Assembly (NCBI GenBank): GCA_035569555.1
Contig: DATMMW010000040.1
Span: 214,101-278,100, forward strand
Direction: 5' to 3'
Length of the DNA stretch: 64,000 nucleotides
Origin: Candidatus Dormiibacterota bacterium
Lineage (GTDB): Bacteria > Acidobacteriota > Terriglobia > Acidiferrales > UBA7541
Shown here: positions 9,101 through 19,714 of the stretch, one piece after another
Numbering within the stretch: the first letter of the stretch is position 1
How the letters are laid out: each line of letters opens with the position of its first letter
Position numbers and translations under genes: made by a program
Notes under the pieces: model-generated
Told to the model about the DNA's origin: nothing
Seen by the model: only the letters and a program-made list of their open reading frames with translations
The model's database searches: none

Positions 9101-9409
9101 CTTCGGCACTCCGCCCGCCGAGGGGATCACATAAACTTGTTCGTCGCCATCGTACTGTCCCGTGAACGCAATCCACTTTCCGTCCGGGGAAAATTTTGCA
9201 AACACTTCTAGCCCTGGATGCGACGTCAGCCGCGTCGCCATTCCACCGGATGTCGAGGCGGTCCACAAATCGCCGCCGTAGGTGAACACCACTTTGTCCC
9301 CATGCACGTCGGGGAATCGCAGCAACTTCGTTTGTGCCGCAGCGATTCCCGCGCAACACAAAAACAAAATCACACCCATCACGACCGACTGGATTCGCCG
9401 ATTCAGCAT
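6104..9409 (-). CDS. tricorn-protease-like S41 peptidase (beta-propellers + PDZ + peptidase)
   Basis: 1101-aa ORF. Signal peptide, then LRFPDVHGDKVVFTYGGDLWT..FSPDGKWIAF (tricorn N-terminus-like). TolB-like repeats throughout. C-terminal GNGGGNVS and ETSASDGD serine-peptidase motifs. Confidence 0.9.
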   Translation of the reverse strand: MLNRRIQSVVMGVILFLCCAGIAAAQTKLLRFPDVHGDKVVFTYGGDLWTASTSGGMATRLTSHPGLEVFAKFSPDGKWIAFTGQYDGDEQVYVIPSAGGVPKQLTFYPARGPLTPRWGYDNQVYGWSPDGKSVLFRSLREHFDLGDSRLYTVSVDGGMPVALPMPKSGAGDFAPDGKKVVYSPLFRDFRTWKRYSGGWAQQLYIFDLSSHAAEKITDDPRAHRDPMWVGGKIFYSSDKDDTLNLYSYDPSTKKTEQLTHSKKWDLRWPSTDHKNQIVYEMDGELNVFNTETGKTEHISINVPTDSVAMRPSRVSASGEIEGMELSPKGERAVFVARGDIFSVPIEKGPTRNLTNSSNAHDKWGRWSPDGAKIAYISDADGEDEVYVINQDGSGKPEELTHGMHAMLYAPEWASDGKRIAFSDKDGKLYVLALDDKKVTQVAQDPSGRLRDYIWSADGGHIAFTEANPNGFRSIYVWSAGDGQVHRVTSDFFETTDIAWDTEGNYLYYVGTREFAPQISQVEFNFATDRGQEIYALALRKDVKNPFPPESDEVTISKDGDKKDEKKDEKKDDKDKKEEKKKEYIKIDFDGLADRVTRVPVGADNYFGLSVTKEYLVYAKGGAFFYGRESFPEASLVVYSLKDRKESTLAENIQGYAMSADGKKVLVRQSGYKLYDVKPEGKNNPKNVATDGLMVDRVPHEEWVEIFNEVWRRYRDFFYVKNMHGYDWEGLREQYRPLVDYVAHRSDLNYVLGEMVAELSVGHAYIEGGDWEMPKRPQVALMGAWFELDAAAGKYKISKIYHGQNEEELYRSPLTEVGVKASEGNYILAIDGKELKANDNPYEFLLNKANRPVQLTLNDKPSWEGSWQTSYKPITQERNLVYLEWVTRNREYVSKVTNGRVGYIHVPDMGAAGIREFIKYYYPQIRKEGLVVDVRGNGGGNVSRMLIERLRRELLGTDFDRVNAYTGTYPDGVFYGSKVCLINETSASDGDIFPYMFKQAGLGPLIGKRTWGGVVGITGRGPLLDGGTVFVPEFATASVQGQYVIEGHGVDPDIVVENDAASVIDGKDPQLERGIAEVLKAMEANPKKLPGRPADPVKTPKR

Positions 9410-9608
9410 CGTTATTGCCCCTCAAAAATAATTTTCAGGAAATTTCGCGTTTCGTGAAGCAGATGCGCTGCAAAAGCCCATCCCAACCCCGCCGGGCATT
9501 GTACACCCGGCTTTCCCCGCTCCTGTCCCTTTTGCACAATCAATCGAACGAACTTCCACGCTCAAATTAGACGGCAAAAGCTAAAGAGCGTCTTACTTTG
9601 ACAAATTT

Positions 9609-10148
9609 TTATTTCACAGGCGCCGGAGTGGTCATCGCCCCGCTTCCGATGAGTTCTCCTCGCACCGCTTCCGTGATTTTATCCGCGTTCTTCACCAGCA
9701 CGGCTACCTGCCAGATCTCCGTCTCCGTCAATCTGCCCTTGAACCCGGGCATCCCTGTCATCCGGATTCCGCCCTCCACTTTCCAATACGACTCCCACTC
9801 CTCGTCATCCGTCACGCCTGTGCCCTTAAAGAGCTGTGGGGGCCGTGGCGCCATACCGTCCGCAATCGCCGTCGGCGGCTGGCCGGGCAGTCCATGACAA
9901 ACGGCGCAATTCTCTTTGTAAATTTTTGCGCCTGCCAATAGATTCTTTTCGTCTGCGGGAACTTGCGGCGATGGATGAGGCAACTTCTTTAGATAAGCAT
10001 CCAGCGCCATGTGCGCCATTCTGTGTTCGAACGGCATCTCAGGTGCCGTTACGGCAACAGGCGCCCGGCCTGTCGCAAAATAAAAAAATAGCCCTCCGGC
10101 AACCAGAAGAACCCCCAGAATAATCCCCCAAATCAGCCCCTTGATCAT
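9609..10148 (-). CDS. membrane-anchored monoheme c-type cytochrome
   Basis: CAVCHG heme motif and a distal GMPGF Met. TM anchor MIKGLIWGIILGVLLVAGGLFFY. ATG 10148 is preceded by AAGGAG. The upstream extension of the ORF track to 10370 would run into the mdtA promoter region. Confidence 0.75.
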   Translation of the reverse strand: MIKGLIWGIILGVLLVAGGLFFYFATGRAPVAVTAPEMPFEHRMAHMALDAYLKKLPHPSPQVPADEKNLLAGAKIYKENCAVCHGLPGQPPTAIADGMAPRPPQLFKGTGVTDDEEWESYWKVEGGIRMTGMPGFKGRLTETEIWQVAVLVKNADKITEAVRGELIGSGAMTTPAPVK

Positions 10149-10373
10149 TCGACCTATCTCCTTAGGCGTAGCAATATACCGTGTCTCCTTGTCCCGCCAA
10201 GTAAAAAGGGCGGCCGTAACCATTTTCCGGCCAACCCCGTCCAATCTATGCGTGGACGTGATTTTGCGATAGTCTGCCCTATTTAGTAGAGCAACCACGG
10301 CGCAGAGATACGGTCGTCCTCCCCCTGGCTGGACGCGCTCACACTCCGCTATCCGCATTACAGGAGCCAAAGA

Positions 10374-11741
10374 ATGAGTCAGTCGAATTCTCTAGACCTA
10401 CCCGAGCCGGGTAGAGCCGCCGGGAGCACCGTCCGCACGACTTCCACGTCCGGTGGACGGTGGTGGATTTGGCTTCTCGTCGTCGCAATTGGCGCTGCAG
10501 GCTACTGGTACTACCGCAGCTCGCACAGTAAGTCCGCCGACGCGGCGACAGCGCCCGGCAGCGCGGGTGCCGGCAAAGGCAAAGGAGCAGGCGGCGGGAA
10601 CTTTGCGGTCCCTGTCGTCGTTGCAACCGCGCAATCCGGCGACCTTCCCGTTTACTACAACGGCCTCGGCAGTGTCACTCCCTTAAGCACGGTTACGGTA
10701 CGGAGCCGGGTTGATGGTCAGCTTATTAATGTTGCCTTCAAAGAAGGCCAGTTCGTTGCCCAGGGAGATCTGCTCGCTGAAATCGACCCGCGGCCTTTTC
10801 AAGTTCAATTGGAACAGGCGCAAGGCCAGCTCGCTAAGGACGAGGCTGCCCGTCGTGACGCTCAAGTCAATTACGAGCGTTTCAAGCTTCTTTTCAAGGA
10901 AGGCGTCATTCCACAGCAGCAGCTGGATACGCAGCAGGCTCAGGTCGGCCAGTTTGACGGGGCGATCAAATCCGACCAGGCGCAAATTGACAACGCGAAG
11001 CTGCAACTGACCTATTGCCGAATCACTTCTCCGATTTCCGGTCGCATCGGACTTCGTCTCGTCGACCCAGGCAACATCATTCATGCCACGGACGCGAACG
11101 GTCTCCTCGTCATTACCGAAGTTCAACCGATCGCTGTCGTCTTCAGCCTGCCACAGGATCAACTCCCACAGGTGTACGACAAGCTCCGCAAGGGTGTTCA
11201 ACTCGGTGTCGAAGCCTACGATAGAGACAACACTTACAAAATTACTTCCGGGAAATTGCTCACTATCGACAACCAGATCGATTCCACCACGGGAACGTAC
11301 AAACTAAAATCCGTCTTCGACAACAAAGACAACGCGCTCTTTCCCAACCAATTCGTAAACGTTCATCTTCTCGTCGATACCAAGAAAAATTTGACTCTCG
11401 TTCCGGTTCCGGCAATTCAGCGCGGCCCGCAGGGAACTTACGTCTACGTCGTCGGGCAGGGAAATACCGTAAACATTCGCTCCATCACAATTGCGCAAAC
11501 CACCGGAAACACCGCAGGCCTTTCTTCGGGGCTGAAACAAGGCGAAGTCGTCGTTACCGACGGGCAGGATAAATTGCAGGACGGCAGCAAGGTCGTTCCA
11601 AATACTTCGCCGACTGGGGATGCCGCACCGAATTCTTCAGGCCAGTCAGATACGAATCAACAGCCCGCACAGCAGCAACAAGGCCAGCAACAGGGCCAGC
11701 AACAGGGTAAGTCCGGCCATCAGGGAGGCAAGAAACAATGA
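10374..11741 (+). CDS. mdtA: RND efflux periplasmic adaptor (membrane fusion protein)
   Basis: 455-aa ORF with biotinyl-lipoyl/hairpin/beta-barrel MFP sequence ([34 protein letters not shown]). Directly precedes two RND permeases. Gln-rich C-terminal tail. Confidence 0.9.
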   Translation: MSQSNSLDLPEPGRAAGSTVRTTSTSGGRWWIWLLVVAIGAAGYWYYRSSHSKSADAATAPGSAGAGKGKGAGGGNFAVPVVVATAQSGDLPVYYNGLGSVTPLSTVTVRSRVDGQLINVAFKEGQFVAQGDLLAEIDPRPFQVQLEQAQGQLAKDEAARRDAQVNYERFKLLFKEGVIPQQQLDTQQAQVGQFDGAIKSDQAQIDNAKLQLTYCRITSPISGRIGLRLVDPGNIIHATDANGLLVITEVQPIAVVFSLPQDQLPQVYDKLRKGVQLGVEAYDRDNTYKITSGKLLTIDNQIDSTTGTYKLKSVFDNKDNALFPNQFVNVHLLVDTKKNLTLVPVPAIQRGPQGTYVYVVGQGNTVNIRSITIAQTTGNTAGLSSGLKQGEVVVTDGQDKLQDGSKVVPNTSPTGDAAPNSSGQSDTNQQPAQQQQGQQQGQQQGKSGHQGGKKQ

Positions 11742-14700
11742 GTCTCTCTCGGCCGTTTATTTTACGGCCGGTCGCGACCACGCTCCTCATGGTCGGCGTC
11801 CTTCTTGTCGGCTGGGTTGCATACCGCCAGTTGCCGGTCTCCGCATTGCCGCAAGTGGATTACCCCACGATTCAAATTCAGACTTTCTATCCTGGCGCCA
11901 GTCCAGACGTGATGGCTTCGTCCGTCACCGCGCCTCTCGAGCGCCAATTCGGGCAAATTCCCGGCCTGCAGCAAATGACTTCCACGAGCTCTTTTGGCAG
12001 CTCGCTCATCACGCTCCAGTTCAATCTTGACCTCAACATCGATATTGCCGAACAGGAAGTTCAGGCTTCCATCAACTCGGCCTCGAATCTTCTCCCCCAG
12101 GGAATTCCAAATCCGCCCATCTACAGCAAAGTCAATCCCGCTGACGCGCCAATTCTCACGCTCGCGTTGAGTTCAAAATCGCTTCCTCTTTATAGCGTCG
12201 AAGATCTGGCCGACACGAACCTCGCGCAAAAGATTTCGCAATTACCTGGCGTCGGCCTCGTTAGCATCAGCGGAGGCCAGCGTCCCGCTGTTCGCATCCA
12301 GGCGAATCCCACCGCGCTTGCGTCCTACGGCCTGAGTCTCGAGGACATGCGCACCGTTCTTGGCACGGCCAATGTCAATTTGGCGAAGGGAACGTTCGAC
12401 GGGCCGCAACAGTCCGTCACCATCGCTGCAAACGACCAATTGATTTCCGGTGATTCCTATCGCTCCGTCATCATCGCGTACCGTAACGGCGCACCCGTTC
12501 GCCTCACCGATGTTGCCAATGTCACCGATGGCGTCGAGAACGTTATGCAAGCCGCGTGGGCGAACCAGAATCCTGCGGTCATCGTAAATATCCAGCGCCA
12601 GCCCGGCGCCAACATCATCAGCGTTGTGGATCGCGTTAAGAAAATTCTGCCGCAGTTGAAGGCTGCGCTTCCCGCATCAGTAGACGTTTCTATTCTCACC
12701 GATCGCACGTCCACAATTCGCGCGTCCGTCGAGGACGTTCAGTTTGAGCTGATGCTTACCGTCGCACTCGTCGTGATGGTCATTTTCCTTTTCTTGCGCA
12801 GCATTCGCGCCACCATCATTCCCAGCGTCGCCGTGCCGCTCTCCATCATCGGCACATTCGGTGTGATGTACCTGCTCGGCTTCAGTCTGAACAATCTCTC
12901 TCTCATGGCGCTCACCATCTCCACAGGCTTCGTCGTGGACGATGCCATCGTCATGATCGAGAACATCTCGCGCTACATCGAAGAAGGCGAATCGCCGCTG
13001 CAGGCCGCCCTCAAGGGTTCAGAACAAATCGGCTTCACGATTCTTTCGCTGACCGTTTCCCTCATCGCCGTTCTTATTCCTCTTCTTTTCATGGGAGACA
13101 TCGTTGGCCGCCTCTTCCGCGAATTTGCCATTACCCTCGCCGTGACGATTCTCGTTTCCGCCGTCGTTTCGCTAACGCTCACGCCGATGATGAGCGCCAA
13201 ACTTCTGCGCCATCAAAAAGAGGAAGACCAGACCTGGTTCTACCGCAAATCAGAACACGCTTTTAATTCCGTCATCGCGTTTTATGGCCGCACGCTGAAA
13301 TTTGTCTTGCAGTTTCGCAAGATAACGCTCCTCGTCACTGCCGCCACCCTCGTCGGCACAATTCTTCTTTATATTTACGTTCCTAAAGGGTTTTTCCCGG
13401 TGCAGGATACCGGCGTCATCCTGGGAATTTCCGAAGCGCCGCAATCCGTCTCTTTTCGCGCCATGGCAGACCATCAGCGCGCGCTCGCCGACACTATTCT
13501 TAAGGATCCCGCCGTCGAAAGCCTCTCTTCCTTCATTGGAATTGACGGCACAAACACAACGCTCAACACCGGTCGGATTCAAGTCAATCTCAAGCCTCTG
13601 GCAGATCGCAAAATCAGCGCGAGCGACGTCATCCGCCGCCTCCAGCCGCAGCTCGACAAAATCGACGGCATCACGCTCTTCATGCAGCCCGTGCAGGACC
13701 TTACCGTCGAAGACCGCGTCAGCCGCACGCAATTTCAGTACACGCTCGAAGACGTTGACGCGAAAGAACTCAATGCAAATGTGCCCAGGTTTCTCGACCG
13801 CCTGAAATCTCTTCCGCAATTGCGCGACGTCGCCAGTGACAATCTGAATGGTGGCTTGCTCCTCAATCTCATCATCGACCGCGATTCCGCCGCGCGCCTA
13901 GGCATTCTTCCCGCGGACATCGACAACGCGCTCTACGACGCCTTCGGCCAGCGCCAGGTCTCCACCATCTACACGCAGCTCAATCAATATCACGTCGTTA
14001 TGGAAGTGGACCCTCAGTTCCAACAAAATCCCGATTCACTCAAGAATATTTACGTCCATTCCTCCAACGGCCCGCAAGTTCCGCTCAGCTCTTTTACCCG
14101 CGTGGAAAATTCCTCCGCCGCGCTCACCCTGAATCATCAAGGACAATTTCCCGTCGTCACTTTCTCGTTCAATCTCGCTCCGGATGCGTCTCTCGGTCAC
14201 GCCGTCGACGCCATCAACACGGCCAAGCAAGATTTGAACATGCCGCCAAGCATTCAAGGCAAATTCCAGGGCACCGCCGCCGCATTCCAGAATTCGCTGG
14301 CCAATGAGCCAATCTTGATTCTCGCCGCTCTCGTCACCGTCTACATCGTCCTCGGTATTTTGTACGAGAGTTTCATTCATCCAATTACGATTCTCTCTAC
14401 ACTTCCATCCGCCGGCGTCGGGGCCATCCTTGCGCTTCTCCTGTGCCGCACGGAATTCAGCATCGTCGCCCTCATCGGCATCATCTTGCTGATCGGTATC
14501 GTCAAGAAAAACGCCATCATGATGATTGACTTTGCTCTCGAAGCCGAGCGCGAGCACGGAAAATCTCCGCTCGATGCAATTTACGAAGCCTGTTTGCTCC
14601 GCTTCCGTCCCATCATGATGACCACTATGGCCGCGCTTCTCGGCGGCTTGCCTCTCGCTCTCGGAACCGGCGTCGGCTCTGAGCTCCGCCGTCCTCTAGG

Positions 14701-14845
14701 CATCACCATCGTCGGCGGCCTTATCCTCAGCCAAATTCTTACGCTTTACACCACGCCCGTCGTCTATCTCGCCTTCGACTGGCTTGCGCATCGCTTCGAA
14801 TTTCGCATCGGCAATCCCATCGAAGAGCCCGCCCACGGAGACTAG
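11738..14845 (+). CDS. mdtB: RND multidrug efflux permease
   Basis: 1035-aa, 12-TM AcrB/MdtB-like ORF ([18 protein letters not shown]...). ATGA overlap with the mdtA stop. Confidence 0.92.
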   Translation: MSLSRPFILRPVATTLLMVGVLLVGWVAYRQLPVSALPQVDYPTIQIQTFYPGASPDVMASSVTAPLERQFGQIPGLQQMTSTSSFGSSLITLQFNLDLNIDIAEQEVQASINSASNLLPQGIPNPPIYSKVNPADAPILTLALSSKSLPLYSVEDLADTNLAQKISQLPGVGLVSISGGQRPAVRIQANPTALASYGLSLEDMRTVLGTANVNLAKGTFDGPQQSVTIAANDQLISGDSYRSVIIAYRNGAPVRLTDVANVTDGVENVMQAAWANQNPAVIVNIQRQPGANIISVVDRVKKILPQLKAALPASVDVSILTDRTSTIRASVEDVQFELMLTVALVVMVIFLFLRSIRATIIPSVAVPLSIIGTFGVMYLLGFSLNNLSLMALTISTGFVVDDAIVMIENISRYIEEGESPLQAALKGSEQIGFTILSLTVSLIAVLIPLLFMGDIVGRLFREFAITLAVTILVSAVVSLTLTPMMSAKLLRHQKEEDQTWFYRKSEHAFNSVIAFYGRTLKFVLQFRKITLLVTAATLVGTILLYIYVPKGFFPVQDTGVILGISEAPQSVSFRAMADHQRALADTILKDPAVESLSSFIGIDGTNTTLNTGRIQVNLKPLADRKISASDVIRRLQPQLDKIDGITLFMQPVQDLTVEDRVSRTQFQYTLEDVDAKELNANVPRFLDRLKSLPQLRDVASDNLNGGLLLNLIIDRDSAARLGILPADIDNALYDAFGQRQVSTIYTQLNQYHVVMEVDPQFQQNPDSLKNIYVHSSNGPQVPLSSFTRVENSSAALTLNHQGQFPVVTFSFNLAPDASLGHAVDAINTAKQDLNMPPSIQGKFQGTAAAFQNSLANEPILILAALVTVYIVLGILYESFIHPITILSTLPSAGVGAILALLLCRTEFSIVALIGIILLIGIVKKNAIMMIDFALEAEREHGKSPLDAIYEACLLRFRPIMMTTMAALLGGLPLALGTGVGSELRRPLGITIVGGLILSQILTLYTTPVVYLAFDWLAHRFEFRIGNPIEEPAHGD

Positions 14846-14848
14846 CGC

Positions 14849-17800
14849 GTGAATTTTTCCTCCAACTTCTCTGCGCCTTTTATTCGCCGCCCCGTTGCGA
14901 CGACTCTCCTCACTTTCGCCATTTTTCTTTCCGGAGCCGTCGCATTCAAATTTCTCCCCGTCGCTCCGCTGCCGCGAATTGACTTTCCCACCATCGCCGT
15001 CGGTGCCGGCCTTCCCGGCGCAAGTCCGGAAACCATGGCATCCAACGTCGCTGCTCCTCTCGAGCGCCAGTTCGGCCGCATCTCCGGCGTCACGCAAATG
15101 ACTTCTTCGAGCACCAACGGCTCGACGAGCGTCGTTCTCCAATTCGATCTCAATCGCGACATCAATGCCGCCGCACGCGACGTCCAGGCTGCCATCAACG
15201 CTGCCCGCAGCCAGCTTCCCGCCGATCTTCCCGGCCAGCCCACCTATCGCAAAGTAAATCCCGCGGACGCGCCGATCCTTTTGCTTTCGCTCACATCTAC
15301 CAACGTCCCTGGACCGCAAATTTATGACGCCGCCGACTCCATCCTCGCGCAAAAACTCGCGCAAGTAGAAGGCGTTGGCCAGGTCTTCACTTGGGGCAGC
15401 TCGCGTCCTGCTGTCCGCGTCGCTGTCAATCCGGATCAGGTCAACAGCTACGGCATTAGCCTCGAACAAGTTCGAACAGCTCTCCGCGGCGCAAACGCGA
15501 ACCTCGCCAAGGGCTCCCTCTCTGATAGCGACCACTCCGTCACCATTGCAGACACGGATCAGCTTTTTAAAGCCTACGAATATCAGCCGCTCGTCGTTGC
15601 CGGCCACGTCGGCGCGCCGGTTCGCCTGCAAGACATCGCTACCGTTACCGATTCCGTCGAAGACGTGCGCAACCTCGGCCTCTCTTTCGGCGAGCCAAGC
15701 GTCATCCTCGCCGTTTTTCGCCAGCCCGACGCAAACATGATCGAGACCGTCGACCGCATCAAGGCGATCATGCCGGAGCTCAGCGCCTCCATCTCTCCTT
15801 CCCTGCATCTTCGCGTCGCCATGGATCGCACCACCACCATTCGCGCCTCCATTCACGATGTCGAAATCACGCTTCTCATTTCCATCTCCCTTGTCATCCT
15901 CGTCGTTTTCGTTTTTCTTCGTAACGTTTGGGCCACCATCATCCCCAGCATCGCCGTTCCTCTTTCTCTGGTCGGCACGTTTGGCGTCATGTATCTCTGC
16001 GGCTACAGCCTGGATAATCTCTCCCTCATGGCGCTCACCATTTCCACCGGTTTCGTCGTGGACGATGCCATCGTCGTCATCGAAAATATCGCGCGCCACA
16101 TCGAAGCCGGCATGAAGCCTTTTGCCGCAACCATGAAAGGTGCCAGCGAAATCGGCTTCACCGTTCTTTCCATGAGCAGTTCGCTCGTCGCCGTTTTCAT
16201 TCCCATCCTTCTTTTCCCCGGCATCGTCGGCCGCCTCTTTCGCGAATTTGCCATTACGCTTACCGCAGCCATCACTGTTTCTATGGTCGTTTCTCTCACC
16301 ACAACGCCCATGATGTGCGCGCGTTTTCTTCGCCACGAAGATGGAAAGCACAACTTTGCCTATCGTCTCGCTGAAAACGCATTCAACGGCATAGTCCGTA
16401 TCTATGACCGCTGCCTCCGCGTCGTACTCCGCCATCAATTTGCTGTTCTGCTCATCACCATCGGTACTGTCTGCCTCAACGGATATCTCTTCTACATCGT
16501 TCCCAAGGGATTTTTCCCGCAGCAGGATACCGGGCGCATCAACGGCTCCATTCAGGGCGATCAGGACACTTCCTTCGCCAATATGTCGCAGAAGATGATC
16601 GAATTTACGAATCTCGTCCTGAGCGATCCAGCCGTTGAAACCGCCACATCCTTCGCCGGCGGCGGCAATGGCGGTAGCACCGCGCGCATGTTTGCACAAT
16701 TGAAGCCGCTCGAAGAGCGCAAAATGAGCTCCGACGAAGTCATTGCACGCCTTCGCAGAAAAGCCGCGAAAATTCCCGGCGCAACCCTTTTCATGCAATC
16801 CGTGCAGGACCTCACCATCGGCGGCCGCTTCGGTGCCGCGCAGTATCAATACACGCTGCAGGCGGAAAAACTCGACGAGCTCAACACCTGGGCACCCAAA
16901 CTGCTCGAAGCCATCAAAAAAATTCCCGGCATCAATGACGCAAACTCCGACCAGCAAGTCCGCGGTTTGCAAACTTCTCTGGTCATCGACCGCGATACGG
17001 CTTCTCGTCTCGGCGTAAATCTTACGGACGTGGACAACACACTCGGCGATGCCTTCGGCCAGCGTCAGGTCTCAAACATTTATAAAGGATTGAACCAGTA
17101 TCACGTTGTTCTCGAAGTTCAGAAGCAGTACACCGAAAGCCCCGACGGCCTGAATCACATTTACTTGCCTTCGAGCAGCGGCAAAGTTGTTCCGCTCGGC
17201 GCCTTCGCGCATTACGAACCGACGAACACTTCGCTCTCCGTCAATCACCAGGGGCTCGTTCCCTCCATCACGCTGTCGTTCAACCTCGCGCCGTCTCTGC
17301 CGCTTGGCGATGCCGTAAAACGCATCGAGGAAACGCAGGCTCAACTTCACATGCCGCCTACCGTCCATGGCGGCTTCCAGGGCACCGCGCAAACGTTTCA
17401 GGATTCGCAATCCTCCGTGCTCGTTCTCATCATCACGGCGCTCGCCGCCGTTTACATCATTCTCGGCATTCTTTATGAAAGCTTCATCCACCCGATTACA
17501 ATTCTTTCCACGCTTCCGTCCGCTGGCGTGGGCGCGCTTCTTACAATGATGTTTTTCAAAACGGAGCTCACACTCATTGCGCTCATCGGCATCATCTTGC
17601 TCATCGGAATCGTCAAGAAAAACGCCATTCTCATGATTGACTTCGCCGTTCAAGCCGAAACGCAGGAAGGCCTCTCGCCCATCGAGTCCATTCACAAAGC
17701 CTGCCTGCTGCGTTTCCGTCCCATTCTCATGACGACCATGGCCGCGCTTCTCGGCGCGCTTCCGCTCGCTCTCGGCCACGGCACCGGCTCCGAACTTCGC

Positions 17801-17968
17801 CGGCCCCTTGGCATCGCCATCGTCGGCGGACTCGTCCTGAGCCAGCTCCTCACTCTCTTCACCACACCCGTCGTCTACCTCTACATGGACCGCGTCCAGA
17901 TTTGGTTGCGTGGTCGCCGCGCCGCTCACCACGCCCATCGTTTTCCTCTCCCCGCCCAAGCCGACTAA
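14849..17968 (+). CDS. mdtC: RND multidrug efflux permease (second tandem copy)
   Basis: 1039-aa paralogue of the preceding gene ([17 protein letters not shown]...), starting 3 nt after it. A tandem RND pair after one MFP is the MdtABC arrangement. Confidence 0.92.
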   Translation: MNFSSNFSAPFIRRPVATTLLTFAIFLSGAVAFKFLPVAPLPRIDFPTIAVGAGLPGASPETMASNVAAPLERQFGRISGVTQMTSSSTNGSTSVVLQFDLNRDINAAARDVQAAINAARSQLPADLPGQPTYRKVNPADAPILLLSLTSTNVPGPQIYDAADSILAQKLAQVEGVGQVFTWGSSRPAVRVAVNPDQVNSYGISLEQVRTALRGANANLAKGSLSDSDHSVTIADTDQLFKAYEYQPLVVAGHVGAPVRLQDIATVTDSVEDVRNLGLSFGEPSVILAVFRQPDANMIETVDRIKAIMPELSASISPSLHLRVAMDRTTTIRASIHDVEITLLISISLVILVVFVFLRNVWATIIPSIAVPLSLVGTFGVMYLCGYSLDNLSLMALTISTGFVVDDAIVVIENIARHIEAGMKPFAATMKGASEIGFTVLSMSSSLVAVFIPILLFPGIVGRLFREFAITLTAAITVSMVVSLTTTPMMCARFLRHEDGKHNFAYRLAENAFNGIVRIYDRCLRVVLRHQFAVLLITIGTVCLNGYLFYIVPKGFFPQQDTGRINGSIQGDQDTSFANMSQKMIEFTNLVLSDPAVETATSFAGGGNGGSTARMFAQLKPLEERKMSSDEVIARLRRKAAKIPGATLFMQSVQDLTIGGRFGAAQYQYTLQAEKLDELNTWAPKLLEAIKKIPGINDANSDQQVRGLQTSLVIDRDTASRLGVNLTDVDNTLGDAFGQRQVSNIYKGLNQYHVVLEVQKQYTESPDGLNHIYLPSSSGKVVPLGAFAHYEPTNTSLSVNHQGLVPSITLSFNLAPSLPLGDAVKRIEETQAQLHMPPTVHGGFQGTAQTFQDSQSSVLVLIITALAAVYIILGILYESFIHPITILSTLPSAGVGALLTMMFFKTELTLIALIGIILLIGIVKKNAILMIDFAVQAETQEGLSPIESIHKACLLRFRPILMTTMAALLGALPLALGHGTGSELRRPLGIAIVGGLVLSQLLTLFTTPVVYLYMDRVQIWLRGRRAAHHAHRFPLPAQAD

Positions 17969-17984
17969 GCACTCCAGGAACTGT

Positions 17985-18041
17985 CATTCCGACCGGAGTG
18001 ACCCGGCTTTTCTTGCGCGCGGTGTTTGCACGCCGGGTCAC
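17985..18041 (+). repeat. short interspersed element: CATTCCGACCGGAGTGACCCGG box plus 10-bp-stem hairpin
   Basis: The box at 17985-18006 recurs at 19580-19600 (20/21 identical). GTGACCCGGC (17999-18008) pairs with GCCGGGTCAC (18032-18041). Confidence 0.55.
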
Positions 18042-18152
18042 GGAGCGGAGAACTTCTTCCTCTCCGCACGGTTTTTATGCGGAGAAATCTCTCTTCGATT
18101 TCGCTTGAATGCTCGCTTTATGGGGATGCCTCCTTGCTCCACTCTTCAACCC

Positions 18153-19571
18153 ATGAAACAATCCCGCATGCAAAAATTCGTAAAATTCTCCGCTCTCACA
18201 GTGATTCTGTATTTTGCGACCGTTGTCTCCGCCCAATCCCTTCGCCCCGACTCCGAAAAACAACTCGCTCACGATATCTACAAGCAATTCATCGAAATCC
18301 AATCCGGCTTTACTACCGGTGCTACAACGCCCGTCGCCGAAGCCGCAGCCGCCCGCCTCAAAGCAGCAGGTTTCTCGGATCCCGATATTTTTCTCGGCGG
18401 TGCCAATCCTAAGAAATCGAACCTCGTCGTCCGCTATCACGGCACCGGCAAACGTAAGCCGCTCCTCCTCCTCGCTCACATAGACGTAGTCGAAGCCAAG
18501 CGGGAAGACTGGAGCATGGAGCCATTCCAGCTCATCGAAAAGGACGGCTACTTCTACGGCCGCGGCACGGGCGACGATAAAGCGCAGGCATCCATCTGGA
18601 TCGCCAATCTAATTCAATATAAAAAGGAAGGTTTCGTCCCCGACCGCGACATCATCGTCGCGCTCACCGCCGACGAAGAAGGCGGCGGCCCGTTCAACGG
18701 CGTTGAATGGCTGCTCAAAAATCATCGCGACCTGATTGAATCCGAATTCGCTCTCAACGAAGGCGGCTGGGGAGAAATCATAAACGGCAAGCCGACTGCG
18801 AACTACCTGCAGGTCAGCGAAAAGTACGTCATGAATTTCCGCCTCGAAGTTCGCAACAAAGGTGGCCATAGCTCGTTGCCCATTGCGGACAACGCCATCT
18901 ATCACCTCGCCGAAGCCTTGGTGCGCCTTTCGAATTTCGGCTTTCCTCTAAAGACCAACGAAGTAACTGCTGCCTATTTCCACCGCATGGGAGAAATTTC
19001 CACTGGTCCTGAAAAACAGGACTTGCTCAAGGTTGCCGATGGTTCGCCGGAAGCCATGCAGCACATCGCTGCGCTGGCTCCCGCATGGAACGCAACCTTG
19101 CGCACAACCTGCGTGGCCACACTTCTTGAAGGCGGCCATGCCGTGAATGCGTTGCCGCAGCTTGCCGCAGCCACCGTCAACTGCCGCATTCTGCCTGAAG
19201 ACAAGCCGGAATACGTCGAGAGCACTCTGAAAAAAGTTTTTGCGGATGATCAGGTTTCTGTGAAGCGTCTCGGCGATTTCACGCAAGGCCCTTCGTCGCC
19301 CTTGCGTTCTGATGTTCTCGATGCCGCCACGCGAGTCACTTCAGCGATGTGGCCCGGCGTTCCCGTCGTCCCCAACATGGTTATGGGCGCGACCGATGGC
19401 CGCAGCCTCCGCATCGCCGGAATTCCTTGCTACGGCATTCAGGGGATTTTCATTGACCGCGACGACGTCCGCTTCCACGGCCGAGATGAACGCATCTTCG
19501 TCAAATCCTTCTACGAAGGCCAAGCCTTCCTCTACGACATGGTCAAACTCCTTGCCGGCAGCGCGAAGTAA
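18153..19571 (+). CDS. secreted M20-family metallopeptidase
   Basis: ATG 18153 gives the signal peptide MKQSRMQKFVKFSALTVILYFATVVSAQS. Has M20 motifs LLLAHIDVVEA and LTADEEGGG. The ORF-track start at 17910 would translate the upstream repeat element. Confidence 0.85.
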   Translation: MKQSRMQKFVKFSALTVILYFATVVSAQSLRPDSEKQLAHDIYKQFIEIQSGFTTGATTPVAEAAAARLKAAGFSDPDIFLGGANPKKSNLVVRYHGTGKRKPLLLLAHIDVVEAKREDWSMEPFQLIEKDGYFYGRGTGDDKAQASIWIANLIQYKKEGFVPDRDIIVALTADEEGGGPFNGVEWLLKNHRDLIESEFALNEGGWGEIINGKPTANYLQVSEKYVMNFRLEVRNKGGHSSLPIADNAIYHLAEALVRLSNFGFPLKTNEVTAAYFHRMGEISTGPEKQDLLKVADGSPEAMQHIAALAPAWNATLRTTCVATLLEGGHAVNALPQLAAATVNCRILPEDKPEYVESTLKKVFADDQVSVKRLGDFTQGPSSPLRSDVLDAATRVTSAMWPGVPVVPNMVMGATDGRSLRIAGIPCYGIQGIFIDRDDVRFHGRDERIFVKSFYEGQAFLYDMVKLLAGSAK

Positions 19572-19579
19572 CCAAACGC

Positions 19580-19654
19580 CATTCCGACCTGAGTGACCGG
19601 TTTTTTTCGCTTGCCCTGAGCGAAGCCGAAGGGTGCGCGCAGGTTGTGCGCACC
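19580..19654 (+). repeat. second copy of the CATTCCGACCNGAGTGACCGG box plus hairpin
   Basis: CATTCCGACCTGAGTGACCGG at 19580-19600, followed by T7. GGTGCGC (19632-19638) pairs with GCGCACC (19648-19654). Confidence 0.55.
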
Positions 19655-19714
19655 GGATCATGGAGGGAGGAATTCTGGCGTGGTTGATCCATACATGGGT
19701 CGGTGAGACACAAC

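Noticed and set aside
9410-9608. Hairpin GCCGGG…CCCGGC between the cytochrome c and tricorn genes, considered as a terminator
   Set aside because: It has only a 6-bp stem and no U-tract on the relevant minus strand, which is too weak to call.
14696-16972. 758-aa ORF on the minus strand
   Set aside because: It lies entirely antisense to mdtC. The translation is Gly/Asp/Ala/Arg-rich with no motifs, which is a typical shadow ORF of a GC-rich gene whose sense strand has an unmistakable RND permease sequence.
17910-18152. N-terminal extension of the M20 peptidase ORF
   Set aside because: It would overlap the mdtC 3' end and translate the interspersed repeat and hairpin. A proper signal peptide begins at ATG 18153.
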